Shown here: positions 34,423 through 44,709 of the stretch, one piece after another
How the letters are laid out: each line of letters starts with the position of its first letter
How positions within the stretch are numbered: position 1 is the first letter of the stretch
NCBI GenBank assembly: GCA_009693985.1
Contig: SHWE01000004.1
Span: forward strand, 586 to 64,585
Origin: Alphaproteobacteria bacterium
GTDB taxonomy: Bacteria; Pseudomonadota; Alphaproteobacteria; Micropepsales; Micropepsaceae
Reading direction: 5' to 3'
Length of the DNA stretch: 64,000 bases
Translations under genes and position numbers: made by a program
The notes under the pieces: model-generated
What the model was told of the DNA's origin: nothing
Database searches by the model: none
Seen by the model: the letters and a program-made list of their open reading frames with translations, nothing else

Positions 34423-34550
34423 TTGTCATGCCCAGCGAGCCCTGCGCAGCAAGGCGAGGGAAGGGCATCCATTTGGTGAAGAATGAATACGTGCTTTCAC
34501 CGAATGGATTCCCTTCCCCTCGGGGCTTCGCCCTCGGCCGGGAATGACAA
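34423..34550. repeat. two REP-like units in inverted (tail-to-tail) orientation
   Basis: TTGTCATGCCC...GGGCATCCAT at 34423-34476, and the reverse complement of TTGTCATTCCC...GGGAATCCATTC at 34502-34550. They lie between convergent genes. Confidence 0.55.
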
Positions 34551-34557
34551 TCGCAAA

Positions 34558-34974
34558 TTACTTCGGCTGCCAGTTTTCCGGGGCCATCTCGAATCCCGAA
34601 AATTCAAAGCCCGGCGCGACAGTGCACCCGACAAGCGCGTAAGCGCCCAAGGGCCGCGCACTCTGCCAGCGATGCGCCGGCACGATGGCTTGTGGGCATT
34701 CGCCGAGATCGAGTCGCGGCCCCAGCACGATGCGCGTCACGCCGGAATCTTCTGCGATGCGCAATTCGAGCGCTTCGCCGCCATACCAATGCCAGGCTTC
34801 CGCCGCATCGACGCGGTGCCAGCGCGATTGTTCGCCCTCACGCAACAGATAATAGATCGCGGTCGATGCGCTGCGGCCACTCGCGCCCGCGCCATCCCTA
34901 AATGTCTCGCGGTAGAAGCCGCCTTCGGGATGGGGCTTGAGATCGAGCAGCCGCACCACATCGTCGGCATTCAT
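34558..34974 (-). CDS. cupin (DUF985) protein
   Basis: LDLKPHPEGGFYRETFRD and AIYYLL...S.WHRV are DUF985/cupin_5 hallmarks. ATGA overlap with the upstream exonuclease gene. Confidence 0.85.
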   Translation of the reverse strand: MNADDVVRLLDLKPHPEGGFYRETFRDGAGASGRSASTAIYYLLREGEQSRWHRVDAAEAWHWYGGEALELRIAEDSGVTRIVLGPRLDLGECPQAIVPAHRWQSARPLGAYALVGCTVAPGFEFSGFEMAPENWQPK

Positions 34975-35567
34975 GGCGGAGGTCCCGGAAGAAACGGATT
35001 AACCGCGCCGTTTTTGATCAGATGCACCATGCCGGCGACGACGCCCGCCGCGTCGGCCAACGCATCATGTCTCTGGCCGTCGAATGCGATCCCGGCGGCT
35101 TGCGCCACATCGCAGGCATTCTTTCCGGTCAGATCGAGCCCTTGCGCGTTCAGCCACGGAACGGCGTTGTGATATTTCGGCAAGGCCATCGCCTCCCAGC
35201 CATAGAGCTTTAAATTCTCGGCCAGCACCAGATCGTCCCGGCCGAACGCCCACAGCGCGGCATCGCCCACAAAGTCGAGGAACGCGCCGAGCGCCGTGAT
35301 GAAATCGACGCCGCGCTCGGCCAAGCGCGCATTGCTGATCCCCGTCAGCGTGACGAGATAGTCCGACAGCACCGGATTGATCCTGGGGGCGACCAGCATC
35401 TCGAATTCGTCCACGACGGCCAGCCGCTCCGCATCGAGCTTCACCGCGCCGATCTGGACAACCTCCTTACGTTCGCCCGGCCGCGTCCAGCGCTCCCGCA
35501 TGGAGCCCTCCCAGGCGGTGAATTCGAGGTCGAAGACGACCGCGTGCTTGCGCTGGCGGGATTTCAA
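34971..35567 (-). CDS. DEDDh-type 3'-5' exonuclease domain protein
   Basis: AVVFDLEFTAWEG (Exo I), IGAVKLD and HDALADAAG (Exo III H-x4-D). TTG start preceded by AGAAGGA. Confidence 0.78.
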   Translation of the reverse strand: MKSRQRKHAVVFDLEFTAWEGSMRERWTRPGERKEVVQIGAVKLDAERLAVVDEFEMLVAPRINPVLSDYLVTLTGISNARLAERGVDFITALGAFLDFVGDAALWAFGRDDLVLAENLKLYGWEAMALPKYHNAVPWLNAQGLDLTGKNACDVAQAAGIAFDGQRHDALADAAGVVAGMVHLIKNGAVNPFLPGPPP

Positions 35568-35678
35568 GAAGATGTCCTTCTTTTCATGTGGTTGGGTGTC
35601 CGCCCAATACCCTGAGAGACATGGCTTTTTGCCGCCATGCTGGCGCTATCCACGGTTTCCTAAACTCTTACGGGTTTA

Positions 35679-36471
35679 ATGCGTTCGATAAAGAGCCAAA
35701 TCAAGAAGGCACGGCTCGCGAGAGGGGAAGTCCTGATGGTTGCCCAAAGTGCGAACGCAATGATGCCCGTTGAGGGCACTGCGTCCGAGGAAGCCCACCA
35801 TGAAGCGGCGGAAGCCGCCGCCCATCTCTCCGAAGCAGCGCGCCTGATCGGCACGGGCGATCCCGCGCTTGCCGGCTTTTTCGCCGGTTTCACCCGCTAC
35901 GCCTCGCCCGAGGACCTGATCCATTACACCGGCGCGGAGCTCGCCTCCCTGGTCAAGCTCGTGTTCGCGCATTCGGCCATGCGCAAAGCGGGCACGGCGC
36001 TGGTCGAGATTTTCGACCCCACGCGCGAGAACCCCGCCTTCGCGCGGGGCGAGACCATCGTTTTGGCCGTCAATGACGACATTCCCTTCCTCTACGATTC
36101 CTCGATCGCCGAAATGCGGGCGCAAGGGGCGCGCATCGTGGCGGCGTTCCACCCGGTGATACCGGAGTGCCGCGACGCGGCGGGCGCTCGCGGGCGAGAT
36201 CGCAACCAGCGAACATTGGGATCGCCTGGCGATCCGGCGCATGGTCGATGACCTTTACGCGGCGCAGCGGGGCCTCGCGGCCAACGCGCTTGCCCACGCC
36301 GAAACCGCAAAAGGCGCCGATGCGGTCGCGGCCTGGAGCGAACGGCGCAAAGAGGATGTCGCCCGCGTTCTGGCTTTCCTCGAGGAACTCGAGCGTGGCA
36401 ATGCGCTGAGCATCGCCAAGCTCGCCCTCGCCAATAGCCAGATTCAGAAGCTGGCGGCGGGTTCCAGCTAG
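35679..36471 (+). pseudogene. N-terminal remnant of NAD-specific glutamate dehydrogenase (full-length family about 1600 aa)
   Basis: FFAGFTRYASPEDL...LVEIFDP...IVLAVNDDIPFLYDSSIAEMRAQG...AAFHPVI matches the extreme N-terminus of the giant NAD-GDH family. The frame switches near 36160-36190, and similarity (VLAFLEELERGN) ends at the stop at 36471. Confidence 0.65.
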
Positions 36472-36572
36472 GGCTTGTGTTCTCCCGTTCCGCACAAAAC
36501 AAGAACAATGACCGCGATTGATGCGGGCGAGATTTTTCGCAATCAATAGCGCCCTTTTTCGTTACCGCTGGC

Positions 36573-38126
36573 ATGTCCCAGGAAATCGAAATCCGTTTCG
36601 CCGCTCATCCCGACGATCTGACGCGGCTCGCTCGCGGCGGCGCGCTCTCCGGCGTTGCCGTGGGGCGCGCGACGACGCGGCGGATGTCGACCATCTATTA
36701 CGACACCAAGGATTTGGGCTTCGCCAAAGCGGGGCTTGCGCTGCGCGTGCGGAAAATAGGTCGGCGCCATGTGCAGACGGTGAAGAATGAGAACTCCGGC
36801 AATTTCGCTTCGGAGCGCGACGAATATGAATGTCCGCTGCCTTCGGCCGAGCCCGATTTGCGCTTCGTACCCGACGCCGGCGTGCGCGAGCGCCTGCAAG
36901 CCATCGCCAACGACACCGAGCTTTCGCCCGTCATCGAGACCGACATAAGCCGCACCACGCGCGTCCTGACGACGGATTCGGGCGATGAAGTCGAGCTTGC
37001 GGTCGACCGCGGCGAAATCCGCACCTTCGCGAACGGCCACGCCGCTCTGCCGGTGAGCGAGGTTGAGCTCGAGCTGAAACACGGCCAAACCTCCGTGCTC
37101 TATGATTTGGCGCGCCAGCTTTCGCGCGAAACCTCTCTCACCGTGGCCTCGGAAAGCAAAGCCGAGCGGGGCTTGCGCGCGCTCGAAGGGCGCGAAATCA
37201 GCACCTACAAGGCAGGCCGCACGGCGCTTTCCTCGGACGCGACCGCCGAGGATGCGTTCCGCGCCACGCTGGCCCATTGCCTGAAGCACATCACGCGCAA
37301 TGTTTCAGCCGTCGTAGAAGCGCGCGATCCCGAAGGCGTGCATCAGATCCGCGTGGCCTTGCGCCGTTTGCGCGTGGCGCTCTCGACGTTCGGACCGTCG
37401 TTCCGCGTGGCGGCGATCGTTGAATTGAGCGCGCGCGCCAAGAACCTCTCCGATATTTTCGGCGACACCCGCGAGCTCGACGTCTTCGCGGGCGAATTGC
37501 TCCAGCCCATCGAGGAGGCGGCGAAGAAGCCGGGACTGCCCCAATTGCGGCTGATCCTGGAAGCCTTGCGACGCGAATCCTGGGAGGGCGCGGTCGCTCT
37601 GGTGCGCTCCGACGATTTCACCGGCTTCGTGCTGGAGCTTGCCAGCGCCATCGAAACGCGCATCTGGCGTGGGGTCGCGGCGCCCGAGCAATTGGGCGAA
37701 CTTTTGCGTCCGGCCCGCGAGCTGGCGCGCGAGACGTTGGATGCGAAGCTCAAGAGGGCCTGCAAGCGCGCCAAGCATCTTTCGAGCCTCAACGCGGAGG
37801 AGCGCCATCGCTTGCGCATCGCGCTGAAGAAGCTGCGCTACACGGCGGAGTTTTTCGCGCCCCTTTTTCCGGCCAAAGCGGTGTCGGCCTTTCTGATGCG
37901 CCTGAGCAAATTGCAAGATCTGTTCGGCGCCTTGAACGATGCGGCGACGTCCGAACATATTCTTCGCCGCGTCACCGAACATGCGGGGTCAAACGGCACG
38001 CCGGAGCTTTTGGAAGCGGCTGCCTTCGTCGAAGGCTGGCATCAGAGCCGCATCGGTCCAACGTGGGACAACGCCAAGAAGCGCTGGAAGAAATTCACCA
38101 AGACCGAGCCGTTCTGGGCCGCCTAA
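36573..38126 (+). CDS. CYTH and CHAD domain-containing protein
   Basis: N-terminal EIEIRF...YYDT...R.R CYTH signature. C-terminal CHAD helices with VHQIRVALRRLRVAL and HRLRIALKKLRY. Confidence 0.9.
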   Translation: MSQEIEIRFAAHPDDLTRLARGGALSGVAVGRATTRRMSTIYYDTKDLGFAKAGLALRVRKIGRRHVQTVKNENSGNFASERDEYECPLPSAEPDLRFVPDAGVRERLQAIANDTELSPVIETDISRTTRVLTTDSGDEVELAVDRGEIRTFANGHAALPVSEVELELKHGQTSVLYDLARQLSRETSLTVASESKAERGLRALEGREISTYKAGRTALSSDATAEDAFRATLAHCLKHITRNVSAVVEARDPEGVHQIRVALRRLRVALSTFGPSFRVAAIVELSARAKNLSDIFGDTRELDVFAGELLQPIEEAAKKPGLPQLRLILEALRRESWEGAVALVRSDDFTGFVLELASAIETRIWRGVAAPEQLGELLRPARELARETLDAKLKRACKRAKHLSSLNAEERHRLRIALKKLRYTAEFFAPLFPAKAVSAFLMRLSKLQDLFGALNDAATSEHILRRVTEHAGSNGTPELLEAAAFVEGWHQSRIGPTWDNAKKRWKKFTKTEPFWAA

Positions 38127-38926
38127 AGCGCAATCGTCGTCAGTACCGGCACGTGATCGGACGGGCGCAGCCAGCCGCGCGCCTCGCGCAGGATCTGATG
38201 ATTTGAAACGGAATCTTTCAGCACATTGCTGACCCAGATGTGGTCGAGCCGCCGCCCGCGATTGGAAGCTTCCCAATCGGCGGCGCGATAGCTCCACCAG
38301 GAATAGATCTTCTCTTCCTTCGGTATGAAGCCGCGCGTCACATCGTGCCAATCGAACGCCTTCAACGCCGCATTGAGCAGTTCGACTTCGATGGGCGTGT
38401 GGCTCACCACGTTGAGAAGCTGCTTGTGGCTCCAGACATCGTTTTCCAGCGGCGCCACATTGAGATCGCCGACCAGCGCCACCGGCTGGTTGCGGCGGCG
38501 CCTTTGCTTCGAAAAGCACTCTTCCATCTCGCGCAGGAAATCGAGCTTGTGGGCGAATTTCGGATTGACCTTGGGATCGGGGGTGTCGCCGCCGGCCGGC
38601 ACATAGAAATTATGCAGCTCGAGCCCCGCCTCGAAGACGGCACTGACATGGCGGGTGTCGTCCTTGCCGCAAAACGCCATCGCGTGGGTTTTGCGAAAAG
38701 GCAGGCGCGAAAGAATGGCGACGCCGTGATAGCCCTTCTGACCGTTGATCGCCTGATGGACATAGCCCAGCGATTTGAAGACATCGCCGGGGAAAAGCAT
38801 GTCCGGCACCTTGGTCTCCTGCAGGCAGAGCACGTCCGGAGCATGGGTTTTGAGGAAATTCCCCACCAATTCGGCCCGTAAACGGACGGAATTGATGTTC
38901 CAGGTCGCTAGCTTGATCTTAGCCAT
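38123..38926 (-). CDS. xth: exodeoxyribonuclease III
   Basis: MAKIKLATWNINSVR, LCLQETK, GDLNVAP and SDHVPV motifs. The track ORF extension to 38998 is unsupported. Confidence 0.95.
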   Translation of the reverse strand: MAKIKLATWNINSVRLRAELVGNFLKTHAPDVLCLQETKVPDMLFPGDVFKSLGYVHQAINGQKGYHGVAILSRLPFRKTHAMAFCGKDDTRHVSAVFEAGLELHNFYVPAGGDTPDPKVNPKFAHKLDFLREMEECFSKQRRRRNQPVALVGDLNVAPLENDVWSHKQLLNVVSHTPIEVELLNAALKAFDWHDVTRGFIPKEEKIYSWWSYRAADWEASNRGRRLDHIWVSNVLKDSVSNHQILREARGWLRPSDHVPVLTTIAL

Positions 38927-38942
38927 AGTGAGTTTCTGCCTA

Positions 38943-38971
38943 TTGACGCGTTGAAGCTGGCTTTCTATATT
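38943..38971 (+). promoter_or_regulatory. near-consensus sigma70-type promoter TTGACG-17 nt-TATATT
   Basis: -35 at 38943-38948, 17-nt spacer, -10 at 38966-38971 (5/6 and 5/6 to the E. coli-type consensus). It points toward the 48-codon ORF. Confidence 0.5.
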
Positions 38972-39000
38972 GCACTGCAGCATAATGCTGCAGTGCAATA
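38968..39000. promoter_or_regulatory. perfect 33-bp palindrome (16-bp arms around A38984)
   Basis: TATTGCACTGCAGCAT-A-ATGCTGCAGTGCAATA, with every arm position checked for complementarity. It overlaps the -10 box and ends one nt before the SD GGAG. Confidence 0.9.
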
Positions 39001-39010
39001 GGAGCCTTCA

Positions 39011-39157
39011 ATGCCCATGTCGGAATTGCGTAGTGTACATCCCAGGGAAACCAAAGAGATCGCATCCTTGAGCGCCCGTTTGCTCACCCAAATTGTGATC
39101 GGTGCAACGGCTCTGCTCTTGTTCATGCCCTTCGTGGCCCTCGCGATCCGCAATTGA
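39011..39157 (+). CDS. unannotated 48-aa hydrophobic peptide (below the ORF-track cut-off)
   Basis: GGAG-6 nt-ATG. MPMSELRSVHPRETKEIASLSARLLTQIVIGATALLLFMPFVALAIRN has one TM helix. Promoter upstream and hairpin downstream. Confidence 0.45.
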   Translation: MPMSELRSVHPRETKEIASLSARLLTQIVIGATALLLFMPFVALAIRN

Positions 39158-39162
39158 ACCGA

Positions 39163-40266
39163 TCATAGGCCGGCTAGCTCCCCTAGCCGGCTGATCGTGT
39201 TTTGCACTGGTTCGTCAGCCTGTTGTAACGGCCATCGGGCACGCGGCGCCGCATCGAGCGGATCGCTGAGCCCCAGCGACAAACGCTCCAATCCGGCCCA
39301 GGCGACCATCGCCCCATTGTCGGTGCAGAGCGCCGGCGGCGGCAGCGAAAGCACGAAGCCTTCCGCTCCACACAGCGTATCCAGCATCTTTCGGATGGCG
39401 GAGTTGGCCGCGACGCCTCCAGCGGCGACAAATCTCCGGGTTCCGTTCTCTTTTCCGAACTCTGTTCGGAATATCTGCATTGCAGCACGGATTCTGTCGG
39501 CCAGAACATCGACCACGGCAGCCTGAAAAGACGCCGCGAGATCGGCTTTGTCCTGCGCGCCCAGCGTCCCCTCGCGCACGATCTGGCGTACCGCCGTCTT
39601 GAGCCCAGAGAAGGAAAAATCCGCTCCCTCGCGCCCCAGCATGGGCCTTGGCAGGGCGTAGCGGCGCGCCCGGCCCGTCCGCGCCAAGGCCTCGATCTGG
39701 GGCCCGCCGGGATAGGGCAGGCCCAGCAGCTTCGCAGTCTTGTCGAAGGCTTCGCCGACGGCATCATCGATAGTCGCGCCATAAAGGCGGTAGCGACCCA
39801 CCCCTTCGGCCGCCATCAACTGGCAATGGCCGCCCGAGATCAGCAGCAGCAGGAAGGGAAATTCGCATCCCAAAGCCAGCCGCGCCGACAGCGCGTGCGC
39901 TTCCAGATGATTGACGGCGATCAGCGGTTTGCCTGCCGCCAGCGCCAGCGCCTTGGCCGAGACGAGCCCGACCATGACGCCGCCGATCAGTCCCGGCCCC
40001 GCCGTCGCGGCGATACCGTCGACATCGGCTAAGCCCAGCCCCGCCTCGTCTAGCGCGCGCGCGACAATGTCGTCTAAGACTTCAACGTGGGCGCGCGCCG
40101 CGATTTCTGGCACCACGCCGCCATAGGGGCTGTGCTCCGCGATCTGGCCGAGGACCACATTGGAAAGAATGGTTCCAGGTCCCGGCGGAACCCCACGCAC
40201 GATCGCAGCCGCGGTTTCGTCGCAACTCGTTTCGATTCCGAGAATCGTCAAAGGGTTCGCGCCCAT
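39163..40266 (-). CDS. tsaD: tRNA N6-adenosine threonylcarbamoyltransferase TsaD
   Basis: [24 protein letters not shown] and SGGH motifs. Start is ATG 40266 or GTG 40272. Confidence 0.95.
   Translation of the reverse strand: MGANPLTILGIETSCDETAAAIVRGVPPGPGTILSNVVLGQIAEHSPYGGVVPEIAARAHVEVLDDIVARALDEAGLGLADVDGIAATAGPGLIGGVMVGLVSAKALALAAGKPLIAVNHLEAHALSARLALGCEFPFLLLLISGGHCQLMAAEGVGRYRLYGATIDDAVGEAFDKTAKLLGLPYPGGPQIEALARTGRARRYALPRPMLGREGADFSFSGLKTAVRQIVREGTLGAQDKADLAASFQAAVVDVLADRIRAAMQIFRTEFGKENGTRRFVAAGGVAANSAIRKMLDTLCGAEGFVLSLPPPALCTDNGAMVAWAGLERLSLGLSDPLDAAPRARWPLQQADEPVQNTISRLGELAGL
39169..39191. terminator. 9-bp GC-rich hairpin GCCGGCTAG-ctccc-CTAGCCGGC inside the last codons of tsaD
   Basis: It lies 12 nt after the small-ORF stop and is followed by a gtgtttt tract. 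It could terminate the small-ORF transcript. Confidence 0.4.
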
Positions 40267-40295
40267 GCGCACGATCTATGCTAAGGGGCGGGGAA

Positions 40296-41234
40296 ATGAC
40301 AACGCCTCACTTACGCATCGCCACCCGCGGCTCGCCGCTCGCGCTCGCGCAAGCGCATCTGACGCGAGCAATGCTCGCCCGCGCGCATGGCTGGGACATG
40401 GCCAAGCTCGATGAGCTGTGCCCGCTCCTCATCGTCAAAACCACGGGCGACCGCATCCAGGATCGCCCCCTTGCGGAAGCCGGCGGCAAGGGGCTTTTTG
40501 TTAAAGAAATCGAAGAAGCCCTGATCGCGCGCGAAGCCGACATCGCCGTCCATTCGATGAAGGACATGCCGGCGGTGCATCCCGGCGGACTGATGCTCGC
40601 CGCCGTTCTGCCGCGCGAAGATCCGCGCGATATCTTCATCGCCGGCGACGGTAAGCCCTTCGCACAACTGAAGCGCAATGCAAAGCTCGGCACGTCTTCG
40701 GTGCGCCGCCAGGCGCAAGCGCTGCGTGTTCGCCCCGATCTCGAAATCGTTTCCTTGCGCGGCAATGTCGAAACGCGTCTCGCCAAACTCGCGCGCGGCG
40801 AGGCCGATGGGATCATGCTGGCGCTGGCCGGCGTCACGCGGCTGAAGCTGCAATTGCCGCAGGCCCAAACGCTCGACGATTTTCTGCCCGCGCTCTGCCA
40901 AGGCGCCATCGGCATCGAGGTCCGCGAAGCGGATGCGCGCGCACGCGCGCTGGTGGCGCCTATCGACGACCCCAAGACGCACCTCGCCATATCGTGCGAG
41001 CGCGGCTTCCTTGCGGAATTGGACGGCTCCTGCCGCACCCCGATTGCCGGGCTCGCCAGGCTTTCGAATCAGACTCTTAGCTTTCGCGGCGAAGTGCTGA
41101 GCCTTGACGGACGGAACTTTTGGACCGCTTCGCGCGATATCTTGAACGCCAGCCGGGAGACGGCAAATGCAGCAGGGCGCGATGCGGCGCGCGAAATCCC
41201 TGCATTAGCGGGCGATTCTCTTCCGAGGTTCTAA
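40296..41234 (+). CDS. hemC: hydroxymethylbilane synthase (porphobilinogen deaminase)
   Basis: LRIATRGSPLALAQA, IKTTGD-like VKTTGDRI, HSMKDMP, LRGNVETRL and GSCRTPIA. Confidence 0.95.
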   Translation: MTTPHLRIATRGSPLALAQAHLTRAMLARAHGWDMAKLDELCPLLIVKTTGDRIQDRPLAEAGGKGLFVKEIEEALIAREADIAVHSMKDMPAVHPGGLMLAAVLPREDPRDIFIAGDGKPFAQLKRNAKLGTSSVRRQAQALRVRPDLEIVSLRGNVETRLAKLARGEADGIMLALAGVTRLKLQLPQAQTLDDFLPALCQGAIGIEVREADARARALVAPIDDPKTHLAISCERGFLAELDGSCRTPIAGLARLSNQTLSFRGEVLSLDGRNFWTASRDILNASRETANAAGRDAAREIPALAGDSLPRF

Positions 41235-41244
41235 AATCAATCCC

Positions 41245-41964
41245 ATGCGGCTTCTTGTGACCCGGCCTCGCGAAGACGCCGATGCGCTTACAGAAATCCT
41301 GCGTAGCAAGGGGCATATTCCGATCGTCGCACCGGTGATGGAATTGCGCATGATCGCGGGGCCGCCCGTGCCGCTCGAAGGCGTGCAGGGCGTGCTGGCG
41401 ACCAGCGCGAATGGCGTGCGCGCACTCGCTGCCCGTAACCCAATGCGCAAACTCACGCTCTATGCGGTCGGCCCGCAGACGGCGGAAGCGGCGCGGCGCG
41501 CCGGCTTCACCAAAGTCGTCAGCGCCGATGGCGATTCCACCGCGCTGGTGGAATTGGTCGCGAGCGACGCCGATCCTGCAAAAGGCATGTTGCTGCACGC
41601 GGCGGGTGCCGAAACCGCCGGCCGCGTTCGGAGCGCTCTACAGCAGCGCGGCTTCACCGTCGAAACCATCGTGCTCTATGAAGCGGCGCCCGTGGCAACC
41701 CTTCCCATCGAGGCGGCAACCTTGTTGCGCGACGGCACGCTCGACGGCGTGCTGCTGTTCTCGCCGCGTAGCGCCAAGACCTTCGCCACGCTCGTCGCCG
41801 AAGCGGGGTTGGAAACGGCAACCGCGCCCCTGCAAGCCTTCTGCATCAGCGCGGCGACGGCGGGCGCGTTGGCGCCTTTGAATTTCGCGCGCGTCGCGGT
41901 GGCCGGAGAGCCCAATCAGAGCGCGATGCTCGCGCTCATTCCCGCACCGGCACCGGCGCCATAG
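41245..41964 (+). CDS. hemD: uroporphyrinogen-III synthase
   Basis: [11 protein letters not shown] start and two-lobe HemD-like profile ([10 protein letters not shown]), directly after hemC. Confidence 0.86.
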   Translation: MRLLVTRPREDADALTEILRSKGHIPIVAPVMELRMIAGPPVPLEGVQGVLATSANGVRALAARNPMRKLTLYAVGPQTAEAARRAGFTKVVSADGDSTALVELVASDADPAKGMLLHAAGAETAGRVRSALQQRGFTVETIVLYEAAPVATLPIEAATLLRDGTLDGVLLFSPRSAKTFATLVAEAGLETATAPLQAFCISAATAGALAPLNFARVAVAGEPNQSAMLALIPAPAPAP

Positions 41965-42067
41965 GCCGCGGGCGCCTTGTCGCAAGTGTTTGTCTTGCTG
42001 CGGTCCCATCGGCTGCTATAAATCCAAGCGTTCGCTGCCCCATTTTTCCGCTTCTCAAGGCGTCCCC

Positions 42068-43237
42068 ATGAACATCCACGAATATCAGGCGAAAGAGGTC
42101 CTCTCCGCCTTTGGCGTTCCGGTGCCCAAGGGCAAACCGGCTTTCACGGTCGATGAGGCCGTCGCCGCCGCCAAGGCGCTTCCCGGCCCGGTCTGGGTGG
42201 TCAAGGCGCAAATTCATGCCGGCGGGCGCGGCAAGGGCGGCGGCGTCAAGGTCGTCAAATCCATCGACGACGTGAAGAAGGAAGCGGCGCGCATCCTCGG
42301 CATGAATCTCGTCACCCATCAGACAGGGCCGGCGGGACGCATCGTGCGCCGGCTCTATATCGAGGACGGCTCGGCTATCGAGCGTGAGCTATATCTCTCG
42401 GCGCTGGTGGACCGCGAGACCGCGCGCGTCGCCTTCATCGCCTCGACCGAAGGCGGCATGGACATCGAAGAGGTCGCGCATAAGACGCCGGAAAAGATTC
42501 TGACCTTCAACATCGATCCGGCCGCAGGGTTCAGCGCCCATACGGGCCGCAGCATCGCGACCGCACTGAAGCTCTCGGGCGAGAGCGCCAAGCAGGCGAG
42601 CGCTTTGATCGCCAATCTCTACAAGGCGTTCGTCGCGAAGGACATGAGCCTTCTGGAAATCAATCCGTTGGTCGTCACCAAAGACGGCTCGGTCGTCTGT
42701 CTCGATGCCAAGATCAATTTCGACGACAACGCCCTTTTCCGCCACAAAGACATTCAGGCCCTGCGCGATACGGACGAAGAAGATCCGACGGAGCTCGAAG
42801 CCTCCAAATACGATCTCAATTTCATCAAGCTCGACGGCTCCATCGGCTGCATGGTCAACGGCGCCGGCCTTGCCATGGCGACGATGGACATCATCAAGCT
42901 CTATGGCGAGGAGCCCGCGAACTTCCTCGATGTCGGCGGCGGCGCCTCCAGAGAGAAGGTGACGGCGGCATTGAAGATCATCCTCTCCGATCCGAACGTG
43001 AAAGGCATCCTCGTCAACATCTTCGGCGGCATCATGCGTTGCGACATCATCGCCAATGGCATCGTCGAAGCGGCGAAGGAAATCTCGCTGAAGATTCCGG
43101 TGGTGGTGCGGCTCGAAGGCACCAATGTCGCGCAAGGAAAAGAAATCCTCGCAAAATCTGGGCTCGACATCATCTCCGCCAACGATCTCGCCGACGCCGC
43201 GCAGAAGATCGTCAAAGCCGTCAAGGAGCGCCGCTGA
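42068..43237 (+). CDS. sucC: succinyl-CoA ligase (ADP-forming) beta subunit
   Basis: [30 protein letters not shown] and [15 protein letters not shown]. Confidence 0.97.
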   Translation: MNIHEYQAKEVLSAFGVPVPKGKPAFTVDEAVAAAKALPGPVWVVKAQIHAGGRGKGGGVKVVKSIDDVKKEAARILGMNLVTHQTGPAGRIVRRLYIEDGSAIERELYLSALVDRETARVAFIASTEGGMDIEEVAHKTPEKILTFNIDPAAGFSAHTGRSIATALKLSGESAKQASALIANLYKAFVAKDMSLLEINPLVVTKDGSVVCLDAKINFDDNALFRHKDIQALRDTDEEDPTELEASKYDLNFIKLDGSIGCMVNGAGLAMATMDIIKLYGEEPANFLDVGGGASREKVTAALKIILSDPNVKGILVNIFGGIMRCDIIANGIVEAAKEISLKIPVVVRLEGTNVAQGKEILAKSGLDIISANDLADAAQKIVKAVKERR

Positions 43238-43241
43238 TCCG

Positions 43242-43667
43242 ATGAAGCGGTCCGATTACACGCGCGAAAAAGACAGCCGGCTGCGCGAAAAACGCAGCAG
43301 CACGGATCGGGCGGAGCGCGTGCTGTGGGATTATTTGCGCAACACGAAGATCAACGGATTTTCCTTCGCGCGCCAAGTCAAGCTCGGCCCCTACGTGCTG
43401 GATTTCTATTGCGCGCCCGCCAAGCTCGCCATCGAGCTCGATGCCGGTCAGCACGCCACCGGGGCGCGCTCGGTGCGCAACACGGCGAGGACCCGTTACC
43501 TGAACAAGAAGCGCATTGACGTCATACGCTTTGACAATGACGAACTGACCAAGAACTTCGACGGCGTTTGTGAAAGTATCGCGCGCGCGCTGCCGGAAAG
43601 CCCAACAAGCCCGTCTATGCGCGTTGGCGCTACGACGGGCGCTCTGCCTCTTTCCAGGCAGGGCTGA
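43242..43667 (+). CDS. DUF559 endonuclease-like (Vsr-fold) domain protein inserted between sucC and sucD
   Basis: [11 protein letters not shown]...[18 protein letters not shown]...[10 protein letters not shown]...R..YL...[11 protein letters not shown] is the DUF559 pattern. It starts 4 nt after the sucC stop and ends 19 nt before the sucD ATG. Confidence 0.85.
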   Translation: MKRSDYTREKDSRLREKRSSTDRAERVLWDYLRNTKINGFSFARQVKLGPYVLDFYCAPAKLAIELDAGQHATGARSVRNTARTRYLNKKRIDVIRFDNDELTKNFDGVCESIARALPESPTSPSMRVGATTGALPLSRQG

Positions 43668-43686
43668 ACATATCGAGCGCAAGATC

Positions 43687-44565
<879 letters not shown>

Positions 44566-44709
44566 AACCTCATTGATTTTGGCCCCGATGATGCAATGTT
44601 AAACATGTTCCTTTAGATACCTTCTCATCTTTGTCGTTGCGGTTGCCTTGTCGAGGAAAGGGACGGATCGGCCTTAGGGGCCCACTGAATAGTCCGTCAA
44701 CCGATTGAA

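Noticed and set aside
38965-39153. Minus-strand 62-aa ORF across the xth-tsaD gap.
   Set aside because: It has no SD and a Cys/Ser-rich odd composition, and it runs antisense to the better-supported promoter-SD-ORF unit on the plus strand.
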